DNA of 55,008 nucleotides from an uncultured Bifidobacteriaceae bacterium (GTDB lineage Bacteria; Verrucomicrobiota; Verrucomicrobiia; Limisphaerales; JADLHS01), in NCBI GenBank assembly GCA_964456685.1, contig CAYWCK010000002.1, positions 1 to 55,008 of the forward strand, read 5' to 3'. Each line of letters starts with the position of its first letter. Position 1 is the first letter of the stretch. Shown here piece after piece: positions 11,601 to 19,662 of the stretch. The position numbers were made by a program, and so were the translations under genes. The notes under the pieces are model-generated. The model did not search any database. It saw only the letters and a list, made by a program, of their open reading frames with translations, and was not told where the DNA came from.

Positions 11601-14600
11601 GTTTCGGCAATGTGGATTTGGGTTACGCCAATCAGTCCTTCAGAATTCAGAACCAAGCCGGCGCAAATTGTCAGATGGTCTTCAACGGCGTCGTCGGGGA
11701 TTCCTACGGCCCGCAAGCACTCGTAAAGGATGGAGACGGAGGCATGTTGCTGCTGGCCGCGAATACGTATCGCGGCGGTACAGTTCTTAGCAACGGCGTG
11801 CTGCTCGTTTCCAACAACACCGGCAGCGGCACCGGCACGGGCGACGTCACCGTGTGGGGCGGCGTCCTCGGTGGAAACGGACGTATTGCGCGTTCGGTCG
11901 TGGTGAAATCCAATGGCGTTCTGGCCGTTGGCAGTTCGATCGGGTCGCTCGCGATCTCAAACACCCTGACTTTCGAAGCCGGCGCCACGAATCTGGTGGA
12001 GGTTGATCTCGGCACCGGAACTAATGACAGCGTCGTTGGCCTGACCAACGTGAGCTATGGAGGCACACTCGTGGTGTCCAATGTCGGTTCCCAGCCGTTC
12101 ACCAACGGTGCGGCCTTGAAAATTTTTGACGCGTTGACTTATTCGGGTGCGTTTGCGGCCATCGTACCGAACTACCCCGGTCCCGGTCTGGCATGGGATA
12201 CCAGCACGCTGCCATCCGATGGCACTTTGCGGGTGCAGGAGTTGGGCAACTCATCTCCCACGGTGCAATTGCTGATTGCCAATCAGACCAATACTTACGG
12301 TGGCAACTTCAACTTCATTTTCCCGACGAACACGTTCACCGATCCGGATGCCGGCCAGACTTTGACCTACAGCGCGAGCAATTTACCGCCCGGCATTCTG
12401 TTTACGCCCGCCACGCGCACCTTCGCCGGCACACCCACGGCGGTGGGCTCAAACTGGGTCACAGTCACGGCGACGGATAATGGCACGCCGGCGCTGAGCA
12501 CGAACACCAGCTTTGCCATCGTCAGTGGTAAAGCCCCCTTGGCGATTTCGGTGAACAATGCGTCGCGCGCCTACGGAAATTTCAATCCTGCATTTGAAAT
12601 CATCATTTCCGGACTCGTGCTGGGTGATCAATGGTGGCAGCTCGCCTTCTACCCTTACGCCGACTCATCTGCCACCGACGGCAGTCCGATCGGGACGTAC
12701 CCGATCACAGTTCACGGGGGGCTGGATCCCAATTACGAAGTCACGACCGCGGACGCGCTGTTGACCGTCACCAACGCGCCTTTGGTTGCCGTTGTGGCCA
12801 GTGCCTGCCGGCCTGTGGGACAAACCAACGGGACGTTCACCGGCACTATGATCGGCGGCTGGTCGGGCGATAATCTCGCCCTCGAATTCAGCACCGCGGC
12901 GACGCCGGCCAGTCCGCCGGGCGCGTATGCGATCGTTCCGGTCATCAACGACCCAGCGGGCAGGCTCACCAACTACGCGGTCACGCTGATCAATGGCACT
13001 CTTACCGTGGAACTGGTTGACAGCGATCCGCAATTCACCGTGCTCCACGATTTTGGTTTCACCAATCTCATCGGTCACGCGGTGAGTGGCGAGTTGCTCG
13101 CCGCGTCGGACGGGTGGTTGTACGGCGCAGATGGACGGGCAGTGTTTCGGATTCAACCAGGCGGATCCAATTACACTTTGGTCCGGGTGTTAACAGCGGC
13201 AGACGGAATCACGAGTCCAGCGGGAACTTTGATTGAAGATACGAACGGTGTGCTCTATGGCATCGGAAATTCAACGAATTCATCTGCAGGGGCTGTTTGG
13301 AAAATGAATCGCGACGGCACCGGATTGGCGCTGCTTCACAGTTTTGCCGGACCGCCGAGTGATGGGGCATCGCCGTTCAGTGTGATTGAAGGCAGTGATG
13401 GTTTTCTCTACGGCACTACCGCGTCTGGTGGCGCGAATTCCGCCGGCACGGTGTTTCGGCTGGCGAAGGATGGGAGCAGTTACGCGCTGCTTTACGAGTT
13501 TCCCAACTATCTCAACGGCTATCTGCCGAACGCGCCGTTGATCGAGAGCACCAACGGTGCACTCTACGGCGTCACCGGTTGGGGCGGAGCTGGCGGCTTG
13601 AATGGTGGGGGCGTGGTGTTCCGGATCGAGAAAGACGGCACCGGCTTCCAACGGCTCCATAGTTTCATGGATGGCCCGACCGACGGAAGCTATCCTCGGG
13701 CGCACTTGCTGCGCGCCAGCGACGGGATGCTTTACGGCACGACTGCTTCCGGCGGACCGGATTTTCTCGGCACCATCTTCCGGCTGAATCATGACGGCAG
13801 CGGCTATTCGGTGTTGAAGAGCTTTGCGGGCGTCTGGCCGTACGAAGGCGTGGACGGAGTCTATCCCGCCGCACCATTGGTCGAGGGCACCAACGGCGTG
13901 CTCTACAGCACCACATTCTACGGCGGCACGAACCTGTCCGGCGTCGTCTTCAAGTTGGATAAAGACGGTTCAAATTTCGCAGTGTTACATGACTTGGGTG
14001 AGGGAGGCGATGGTGGAAAGGACGCGAAATCCTCGCAGACGGGTTTGATCCAAGCGCCCAATGGCAGGCTTTATGGGTCGGCAAGGATAAAATCTGTCGG
14101 ACCGAGTGGCAGCGCGTTCTACACCTTGGAGGGCGACGGCTCTAACTACGCCGTGATCTATCGCTCTTCGATAAGCGGTGGCGACGGTACTGCCCCCCGG
14201 GCGAACCTGCGTGAAGGCAGTGACGGCATTCTCTACGGTTCCACCTCAACAGGCGGAGCGAATGACCTCGGCACGGTTTTCAGGATTGGGAAAGACGGCG
14301 CCGACTATGCACAGCTCCATAGTTTTGGCGGATTTCCGACGGACGGCAGTGAGCCGGCGGGCCGGGTACTTGAAGGCGCGGATGGTTGGCTGTACGGCAC
14401 GACCCAGACTGGGGGCAGTATTGATGCGGGCCAAATGCCTGGCAGTGGAGGCGGTACTGTCTATCGCATTTACAAAGACGGCACTGGCTTCACCTTGTTG
14501 CACAGTTTTGGGTCCGTAACCAACGATGGAATTCTCCCGCGCAGTGGGTTGTGGCAGGACGTGGATGGAATGCTCTACGGCTGTACTGTGATCGGCGGTG

Positions 14601-17224
14601 TTGTAGGACGGGGAGTAATTTACAAGCTGAACACGAATGGCCTTGGCTACACCATTCTGCACGACTTCGTTGATTCGAACTCAGGCTATGCACCGCTAGG
14701 CGAACTGGTCGGCGACACGAACGGTTTTCTATATGGCGCTACGGATTCCGGCGGCGCTGGCTCCGTCGGGGTGATCTTCCGCCTCAAATCCGATGGCACA
14801 AGTTTTACCGTCTTGCATGATTTCGACTATCCTACCGCCGGGTTCGGCGGGTCTGGCCTTTTGCTCGCCAGCGACAATTCGCTCTATGGCGTAACCTCTG
14901 CCGGGGGAATCACGGGTGGGGGCGCGGTTTACAAAATCAACCGCGATGGCTCCGGTTTTCAAATTCTCTACCATTTTGTCGGCGGCAGCCGCGATGGCAG
15001 CCAGCCCGGCGGCACTTTGACTGAAGGTTCGGATGGCCGGATTTATGGAACCACCGCAGCCGGCGGCAATGACGGGTTTGGCATCATCTTCAGTTTGGAG
15101 AAAGACGGCACTGGATACTGTACGCTGCACCATTTTGTTCCCACGACAATCAACATCCTCAGCGATCAAGGTGTGATCAGCGGGAGTGACGGAAATTTGT
15201 ACGGCTTTGGCGCCAACACAGGCCCGCTCGGCTTCGGCAACCTCTTTCGCTTGTCGCTCGCCGCGAATGGGCGTCCAGTGGTTGGAACTCCCATCGCCAA
15301 CCAGACCAACTCTTATGGCGGCGTTCTCAATTTCACTTTTGCCGCCAACACTTTCACTGATCCGGACGCGGGGCAGACCTTGAGTTATTCCGCAAGCGGG
15401 TTGCCGCCGGAAATTTCCTTTGACGGTCCTACGCGCACTTTTAGTGGCACGAACATCAGCGTGGGAAATTATTCGATCACCGTTACAGCCACCGACGATG
15501 GCGCACCAGTTCTGAGCACCAATGACGTTTTCGACTTGGTGGTGGAAAAGGTGCCACTGCTTGCCTCGGCGGAAAATAAGATTCGCGGATACGGAGCGGC
15601 CAACCCTCCGTTAACCATTTCGTACAGCGGGTTTGTTCTGGGTGAGTCGGAGGCGGTCTTGGGTAACCCGCCGCTTGTGGGGACGGGTGCCGCTCCGGGG
15701 AGCCCGGTCGGCACCTACCCGATCACACTGACAGGTGGATCGGACGCGCATTACTCGCTGACCTTGAGCAACGGCCTCCTGTCCGTGACGAATGTCTCGC
15801 TCGTGGTCACTGCAAATGACACGAACCGACCGTATGGCCAGACGAATCCTGCACTCACCGGTGTGGTCAGTGGAGTCGTCAACGGGGACAACATCACCGC
15901 TGACTTCGTCACCACGGCAACTCAAGCCAGCCCACCAGGGGCGTATCCGATTTCGCCGGTGTTTAACGATCCAAACAATCGCCTCCCCAACTACGTCGTG
16001 ACCACGAATCTCGGTGTGCTGACGATTGATTGCGCGCCCACGCTGACGGTGACGACGACTGCCGATTCAGGTTACGGCTCGCTTCGTGATTGCATTGCCA
16101 ATATCTGCCCTAGTGGGGCGGTTAATTTTGCAGTGACTGGCGTGATTGCCCTGACGAGCGACCATCTCCCGGTGGATCGGAGTGTCAACATCGTCGGCCC
16201 GGGTGCCACCCATCTCACTCTCAACGGCGGTGGAAGTTGGCAACTCTTCAACGTCACCACCGGTGTGGTTGCGATCAGCGGTCTGACGCTCGCCAACGGC
16301 AGCGACAGCGCCTCCTTCTCCGTCGGTGCCGCTGTGCGCAACAACGCGAATCTCACGGTTCGCGAATGTGTCTTCACCAACAACCTCTCGGAGGCTTCCG
16401 GCGGCGCGATATTCAACCGTCCCGATGGTGTGCTCGTGGTGGATCGTTGTCTGTTCGTCGGCAACCGCGCCGTGGGTGCGTTCCAAGGCGGCGGCAACGC
16501 CGGAGCGATCGCCAATCAGGGTGTGATGTTCATCACCAACTCCACGTTCTCCGGTAACAGCGCCGGCTTCACTGCCGGGGCGATCCGCAACACCGGCGAC
16601 ATGACCATCGAAAGCTCCACCTTCACCGCCAATACCGCGTCTGAATGCACCGATTGCGTTGGACTCCCCGCAGTCATCGGCCATTCCGGCAGCAGCGCTG
16701 TCCTGCACAACACCATCGTCGGCGGCAATACCAACGTTCTCGGCACCTTCCGCGATGTGAGCGGGGCCATGGACGGCGGGGACTACAACCTCGTTGAATT
16801 CGCCAGCGGCTATGTGACTACTGGGACCAATGATCTGCTGGGTGTCTCGCCTGTGCTGGGACCGTTGGCCGACAACGGCGGGCCGACGTGGACGCACCTG
16901 CCGTTGCCCGGAAGTCCGGTGATCGATGCGGGCGATCCGTCAACTCTTCATGCGGTGGACCAACGCGGAATCGTGCGTCCCGTGAACGGTCGTGCAGACA
17001 TCGGCGCGGTGGAAGCCCCCCCGCCGGTGACACCGCCGACGCTCAGCATCGTACCGGGCGTTGGTAACGTAACGATCTCCTGGACTCCGTCCACGTCCGG
17101 CTTCGTGCTGCAAACCAACCTCACCCTCAACCCGTTCACGTGGGGTGACGCTGCTTCTGGAAGCACAAACCCGATCGGCGTTTCTCTGGGTAGCGGTCAA
17201 CTATTCTTCCGCCTACGGAACTGA
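8690..17224 (+). CDS. giant (2,844 aa) secreted/cell-surface mosaic protein: lectin-like domain, Ig-like domains, autotransporter-associated beta-strand repeats, cadherin-like + MBG modules, GloVer repeat array, right-handed beta-helix, C-terminal beta-sandwich
   Basis: This is a single uninterrupted ORF. Its N-terminal hydrophobic segment is VWTFGLVAVLGLFGV. Ig-like units carry ..LSYQWQRDG... The PATR-like region (about 10.2-12.2 kb) has GxGxLxL / NTYxGGTxxxxGxL motifs. Two copies of FTDPDAGQTL(T/S)YSAS.LPPGI..TRTF.GT (dystroglycan/cadherin-like) are each followed by YG..NP.. / SP.G.YPI MBG-like units. There are 14 GloVer repeats. The CSLRDCI.. beta-helix region carries repeated N..G.GGAI motifs. 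Confidence 0.85.
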   Translation: MLRPIYNYRSQLAYGVSSPVKHRTGRHRSRVWTFGLVAVLGLFGVTPNRLFGQILFFEDFDADHTANWAVNASPGTHPVNVFFDYSSVGIPSAPNSGGTTRGLKLQANTAGNVLGGVSVSPLGQNFTGNYRLHFDLWMNFNGPLNGGGNGTTQFGGAGVGVTGATPQWSGSSGLEGVWFAWTGEGGTTADYRAYSANSNNYVPASSVYFAGTSTSPDARNGSHPYYSGFGSKTAPAAQLSAYAQQTGSTPVGTLGFTWLDVTVTKSGNQITWAINGLPFAKVDASSFALSTNILFNYFDLNSTTSTDPNAPALLFALIDNVRVEVVPALFTVTGGGADCAGVPVGLSGSETAVEYRLSRGGLFTGQIVTGTGGALSFGNQTSSGVYTVIASNVISAATITMSGSASVTINQSPAITSGPTPASTVKSAGESVAFTITASGAGLSYQWQRDGTNLPNGGSISGATSSTLTINPVQPTDATDAGHGYTCVVNGTCAPAAVSSEALLSVLPLNRWRGDGAANQWNFSDANWFYGPYADGVTTIFDDAGSNNVPVNITTAVAPGLMLVASTGSYTFSGSGSISGSASLTKTNIGVLRLATSNSFTGNAFVLDGVLAVQHNQALGSTAGVTTVSNRGSVRIEGNGLLIAEPLTCLEPLYTDLTGFPTNSLLDNLANTNTWSGAITMGLTGENAPIKSSSGQLVLDSPTPIAGPGTLMLTGDGTTLVRSSVASSVPFIEAYPGGERYLYGDTYSTASLLILGSSTVVVTNGQIFNGSAFGIFCSSGRFETRGSTSLTAPLTLRAGSLRANGGTLTYSRTGNPKFSSDYNCSLETAGPSDQIVFNTAVQDDFGHAFGATLINGPGTVVLNAGDTGPNRYLGSWLLLDGTLKLNHPSALGGNWIRLSAGTVMTGVDGGGAFASSCLVDGNATIVIGRQTPGSTVSNYFGTLLVGTLGVPSTLTARPGAGVSPGGIAQLSFGNVDLGYANQSFRIQNQAGANCQMVFNGVVGDSYGPQALVKDGDGGMLLLAANTYRGGTVLSNGVLLVSNNTGSGTGTGDVTVWGGVLGGNGRIARSVVVKSNGVLAVGSSIGSLAISNTLTFEAGATNLVEVDLGTGTNDSVVGLTNVSYGGTLVVSNVGSQPFTNGAALKIFDALTYSGAFAAIVPNYPGPGLAWDTSTLPSDGTLRVQELGNSSPTVQLLIANQTNTYGGNFNFIFPTNTFTDPDAGQTLTYSASNLPPGILFTPATRTFAGTPTAVGSNWVTVTATDNGTPALSTNTSFAIVSGKAPLAISVNNASRAYGNFNPAFEIIISGLVLGDQWWQLAFYPYADSSATDGSPIGTYPITVHGGLDPNYEVTTADALLTVTNAPLVAVVASACRPVGQTNGTFTGTMIGGWSGDNLALEFSTAATPASPPGAYAIVPVINDPAGRLTNYAVTLINGTLTVELVDSDPQFTVLHDFGFTNLIGHAVSGELLAASDGWLYGADGRAVFRIQPGGSNYTLVRVLTAADGITSPAGTLIEDTNGVLYGIGNSTNSSAGAVWKMNRDGTGLALLHSFAGPPSDGASPFSVIEGSDGFLYGTTASGGANSAGTVFRLAKDGSSYALLYEFPNYLNGYLPNAPLIESTNGALYGVTGWGGAGGLNGGGVVFRIEKDGTGFQRLHSFMDGPTDGSYPRAHLLRASDGMLYGTTASGGPDFLGTIFRLNHDGSGYSVLKSFAGVWPYEGVDGVYPAAPLVEGTNGVLYSTTFYGGTNLSGVVFKLDKDGSNFAVLHDLGEGGDGGKDAKSSQTGLIQAPNGRLYGSARIKSVGPSGSAFYTLEGDGSNYAVIYRSSISGGDGTAPRANLREGSDGILYGSTSTGGANDLGTVFRIGKDGADYAQLHSFGGFPTDGSEPAGRVLEGADGWLYGTTQTGGSIDAGQMPGSGGGTVYRIYKDGTGFTLLHSFGSVTNDGILPRSGLWQDVDGMLYGCTVIGGVVGRGVIYKLNTNGLGYTILHDFVDSNSGYAPLGELVGDTNGFLYGATDSGGAGSVGVIFRLKSDGTSFTVLHDFDYPTAGFGGSGLLLASDNSLYGVTSAGGITGGGAVYKINRDGSGFQILYHFVGGSRDGSQPGGTLTEGSDGRIYGTTAAGGNDGFGIIFSLEKDGTGYCTLHHFVPTTINILSDQGVISGSDGNLYGFGANTGPLGFGNLFRLSLAANGRPVVGTPIANQTNSYGGVLNFTFAANTFTDPDAGQTLSYSASGLPPEISFDGPTRTFSGTNISVGNYSITVTATDDGAPVLSTNDVFDLVVEKVPLLASAENKIRGYGAANPPLTISYSGFVLGESEAVLGNPPLVGTGAAPGSPVGTYPITLTGGSDAHYSLTLSNGLLSVTNVSLVVTANDTNRPYGQTNPALTGVVSGVVNGDNITADFVTTATQASPPGAYPISPVFNDPNNRLPNYVVTTNLGVLTIDCAPTLTVTTTADSGYGSLRDCIANICPSGAVNFAVTGVIALTSDHLPVDRSVNIVGPGATHLTLNGGGSWQLFNVTTGVVAISGLTLANGSDSASFSVGAAVRNNANLTVRECVFTNNLSEASGGAIFNRPDGVLVVDRCLFVGNRAVGAFQGGGNAGAIANQGVMFITNSTFSGNSAGFTAGAIRNTGDMTIESSTFTANTASECTDCVGLPAVIGHSGSSAVLHNTIVGGNTNVLGTFRDVSGAMDGGDYNLVEFASGYVTTGTNDLLGVSPVLGPLADNGGPTWTHLPLPGSPVIDAGDPSTLHAVDQRGIVRPVNGRADIGAVEAPPPVTPPTLSIVPGVGNVTISWTPSTSGFVLQTNLTLNPFTWGDAASGSTNPIGVSLGSGQLFFRLRN
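13020..15260 (+). repeat. coding tandem array of 14 Gloeo_Verruco (GloVer) repeats inside the giant gene
   Basis: I counted 14 units by eye, each of about 50-55 aa, with the pattern ..DG..P...L.(E/A).(S/T)DG.LYG(T/V)T..GG....G(T/V)(V/I)F(R/K)(L/I)..DG(S/T).(F/Y)..LH.F. Confidence 0.75.
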
Positions 17225-17274
17225 TTTCAGCTCCGGCATCTTTCGTCATAAAAACAATTTGTAACAAAGCCGCG

Positions 17275-18325
17275 ATGCTCGCGTTCACCTTCTTGCTCAC
17301 ACCGCGTCTTGCTCGCGCGAGTGAATGCGGTGCCGGTGGAAATACCTACTGGCGGGTCACGACGCCCGAGTTGAGCGCCCGCTTTACATTGGACCGCACC
17401 AACGTCTATTGCACGTCCGGCGCCGTTCTCCGCGGGACGCGTCGAGCCGGGGAAGATTCCACGGCCCACACAAATCTCTTTTCGCGCGATTTCCTCAACG
17501 TTGAGCTGGGCCGGCCACTGGCCTTGGAACACCCGGAGGGCACAGCCAACCTGTTTGTGTGTGGCAGCGATGGCTACGTTTACTGTGTGGACGCCAACCA
17601 CGGAGCCACGCAATGGGGCCGGAGCACCAAGCGCGCGACTTGTAGTTCGGACACGATTATCGCCACGCCGGTGGCGCAATTGCGGCACCTGTCGAACAGC
17701 AATTTCCAGAACGCGGTCGCAACGGATCTCGTTTTTGTCGGCACTGCCAACGCCTGTAGCACGACGAATGTTAACCGCATCATCGCCTACCGCGCCGACA
17801 CTGGAGCGATCGTTTGGTCGCACAACGCCACCGGGACTTACCGCTACGGCACCATTTACGGCATGGCCGTGGATTACGAGCGAAACGTCCTTTACGTCAC
17901 TGCGGGGGGATGATGATAGCCAAAGTCTGCCCACCGTGTTCGCTTTGAACTCTGTTACGGGGGCGCGGCTTTACACGCGCAGCCTGGGTGAAATCAGGAT
18001 GCCTCCCGTTCTGGCGAACAATGGAGTCTTCGTAGCGACGCACCACGCGACCCTCTTTAAGCTCGACCCCAATACTGGTGCAACGAGCTGGCAAGCGAAT
18101 TTTACCGCGACCTCCTATACTCGAAATGGTCCGGTGGTAGATGCGCCGATTAACATGGTTTACGTCGTGGATACATCAGGAAGATTAGTTGGCTTTCGAG
18201 ATGTCTGCACCATCACGGTTCAGCTTTGGGCAACGGCACTTGGCGGGGCGAAAGTTTCGTCGGCACCGACGATTCATTCACCGACCCATAAGGTTTATGT
18301 TGGATCTTCCGCTGACAGAGCGTAA
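17275..18325 (+). pseudogene. PQQ-like/BamB-like beta-propeller repeat protein, reading frame broken at a G6 run
   Basis: ORF 17275-17913 ends ..NVLYVTAGG*. ORF 17501-18325 in the +1 frame continues ..GDDDSQSLPTVFALNSVTGARLY.. with the same propeller-like pattern (VYCVDANHGATQW, IIAYRADTGAIVW, LFKLDPNTGATSW). The switch coincides with GGGGGG at 17904-17909. This is either a sequencing/assembly homopolymer error or a genuine frameshift. Confidence 0.6.
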
Positions 18326-19345
18326 CAAATCAACCGCCTCACTGGAGCAACCGAAAGTTACGCAACCATTTCCACAGCGGACTGGAACGTTGGCGATGTC
18401 GCTGCTACCCAAAACCCCGGCGAAGTTCTGGACAGCTTTCGGCTGGTCGCGGCGGGTGGAAGCCAGCTCGCTTAGCCACACGCGCGCGCGTTCGGCCCAC
18501 GCGTAGCGATAGCTGTGCAAGGAGACCCCGCTCACTCCGACTAATTGGCAACGGCGGCTGAACAAACTGCCCCGATCGGATTCCTTCATGCGCGCCAGAT
18601 TGGGAAAGAGCAAACCGTCGCCCGGCAAATCGCTGAGCAGATTTTCCAGATCGGCACCGAAGTGTAGTTGCACCAACGAACCGGTTTTGCGGCGATTGAA
18701 GCTGATGAGCTTGGTGCTCCAATCCACATTGTCGGCCGACAGCGTGGCGATGTCGGTCTGGGCGCCCCCCGTGTGCCAGAGCATTTGGTAGTACGCGATC
18801 CACTCCGGGTTGCGTTCGCCAGCGAGCACCTTGCGGTGTTCTTCCAACGTGATCGCGCGTTTCAATTTGTACTCCACCTTGGGCCAGCGTTTGCGGGGCA
18901 GGATGGGCCAGGCGAGCCAGTTCATATCGAGCGCGAAGTTGTGGAGGCGACGCAAATAGACATTGCTGGAAATGGTCCCAGTGGTGAGGACCGTCAACAG
19001 CTGCTCGGCGCGGGTTTCCAGGACCGGCAACTGGCGCAGGGAATCGAAGGCGGCCTCGCGCATCGCGCTCTGCCAGCGCTTCAGGGTTTCACCGCGCTTG
19101 GTGCTGCCCGCCGAATCCATGACGTTCTGCCAGGTGCGTTTGAGGAACTCGGGATCACCGGCGACGAGGTACGCGCGCGCGATCTGCATGTTCACCTGCG
19201 GCTGGCGATAGGCCTCGTTGCGCGCGTGGAACAGGCGCTGGGCTTCATCGCGAACACGGGTTCGGAGGCTCTCTTGTTTTCCAGTGTGGTTGTTCTGGAC
19301 GTAGTAAACACCCGCTCGGCGGAAGAGTCGGTATTGCGGCTTCAT
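18278..19345 (-). mobile_element. tyrosine recombinase (phage-type integrase), apparently 3'-truncated near 18476-18488
   Basis: The integrase-like core is ..LWHTGGAQTDIATLSADNVDW..FNRRKTG..LHSYRYAWAERA (HxxR box). After ..AWAERA no Tyr residue occurs in the remaining 70+ codons. That tail is antisense to the end of the neighbouring propeller gene. The gene lies 168 bp from the 3' end of tRNA-Thr. Confidence 0.7.
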
Positions 19346-19488
19346 ACGCTTGGTGAAGCGTAGCGGGCCAAAGCCACTGTGATTAAGGTGCAGTGGGTGA
19401 TGAGTCCCGAATCACTGAGCGCGGCGTGGGAGCGAAACGCGGTTTGCTGACACGTGTGCTGACAGTGAAGTCGCCATGGCTCTATAAG

Positions 19489-19513
19489 AGCTTGATGCAC
19501 ACGCATCAAGAAA
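19489..19513 (-). terminator. hairpin immediately downstream of tRNA-Thr (CTTGATGC-N4-GCATCAAG)
   Basis: A perfect 8-bp inverted repeat at 19491-19498 / 19503-19510 sits 3 nt after the tRNA CCA end on the minus strand. There is no long U-tract, so its role as a terminator or processing site is uncertain. Confidence 0.35.
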
Positions 19514-19588
<75 letters not shown>

Positions 19589-19662
19589 TTCCAACTTGTC
19601 TTAAAGCTAGCCGGCTCGCGGAAATCGAAGCAAGCAAAAACCCTTTTCGCATTGGGTTCGGT

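Noticed and set aside
8690-17224. Interpreting the giant protein as a type V autotransporter
   Set aside because: Autotransporter-associated beta-strand repeats are present. However, the C-terminus is a short beta-sandwich-like tail ending FFRLRN, not a roughly 250-300-aa translocator barrel.
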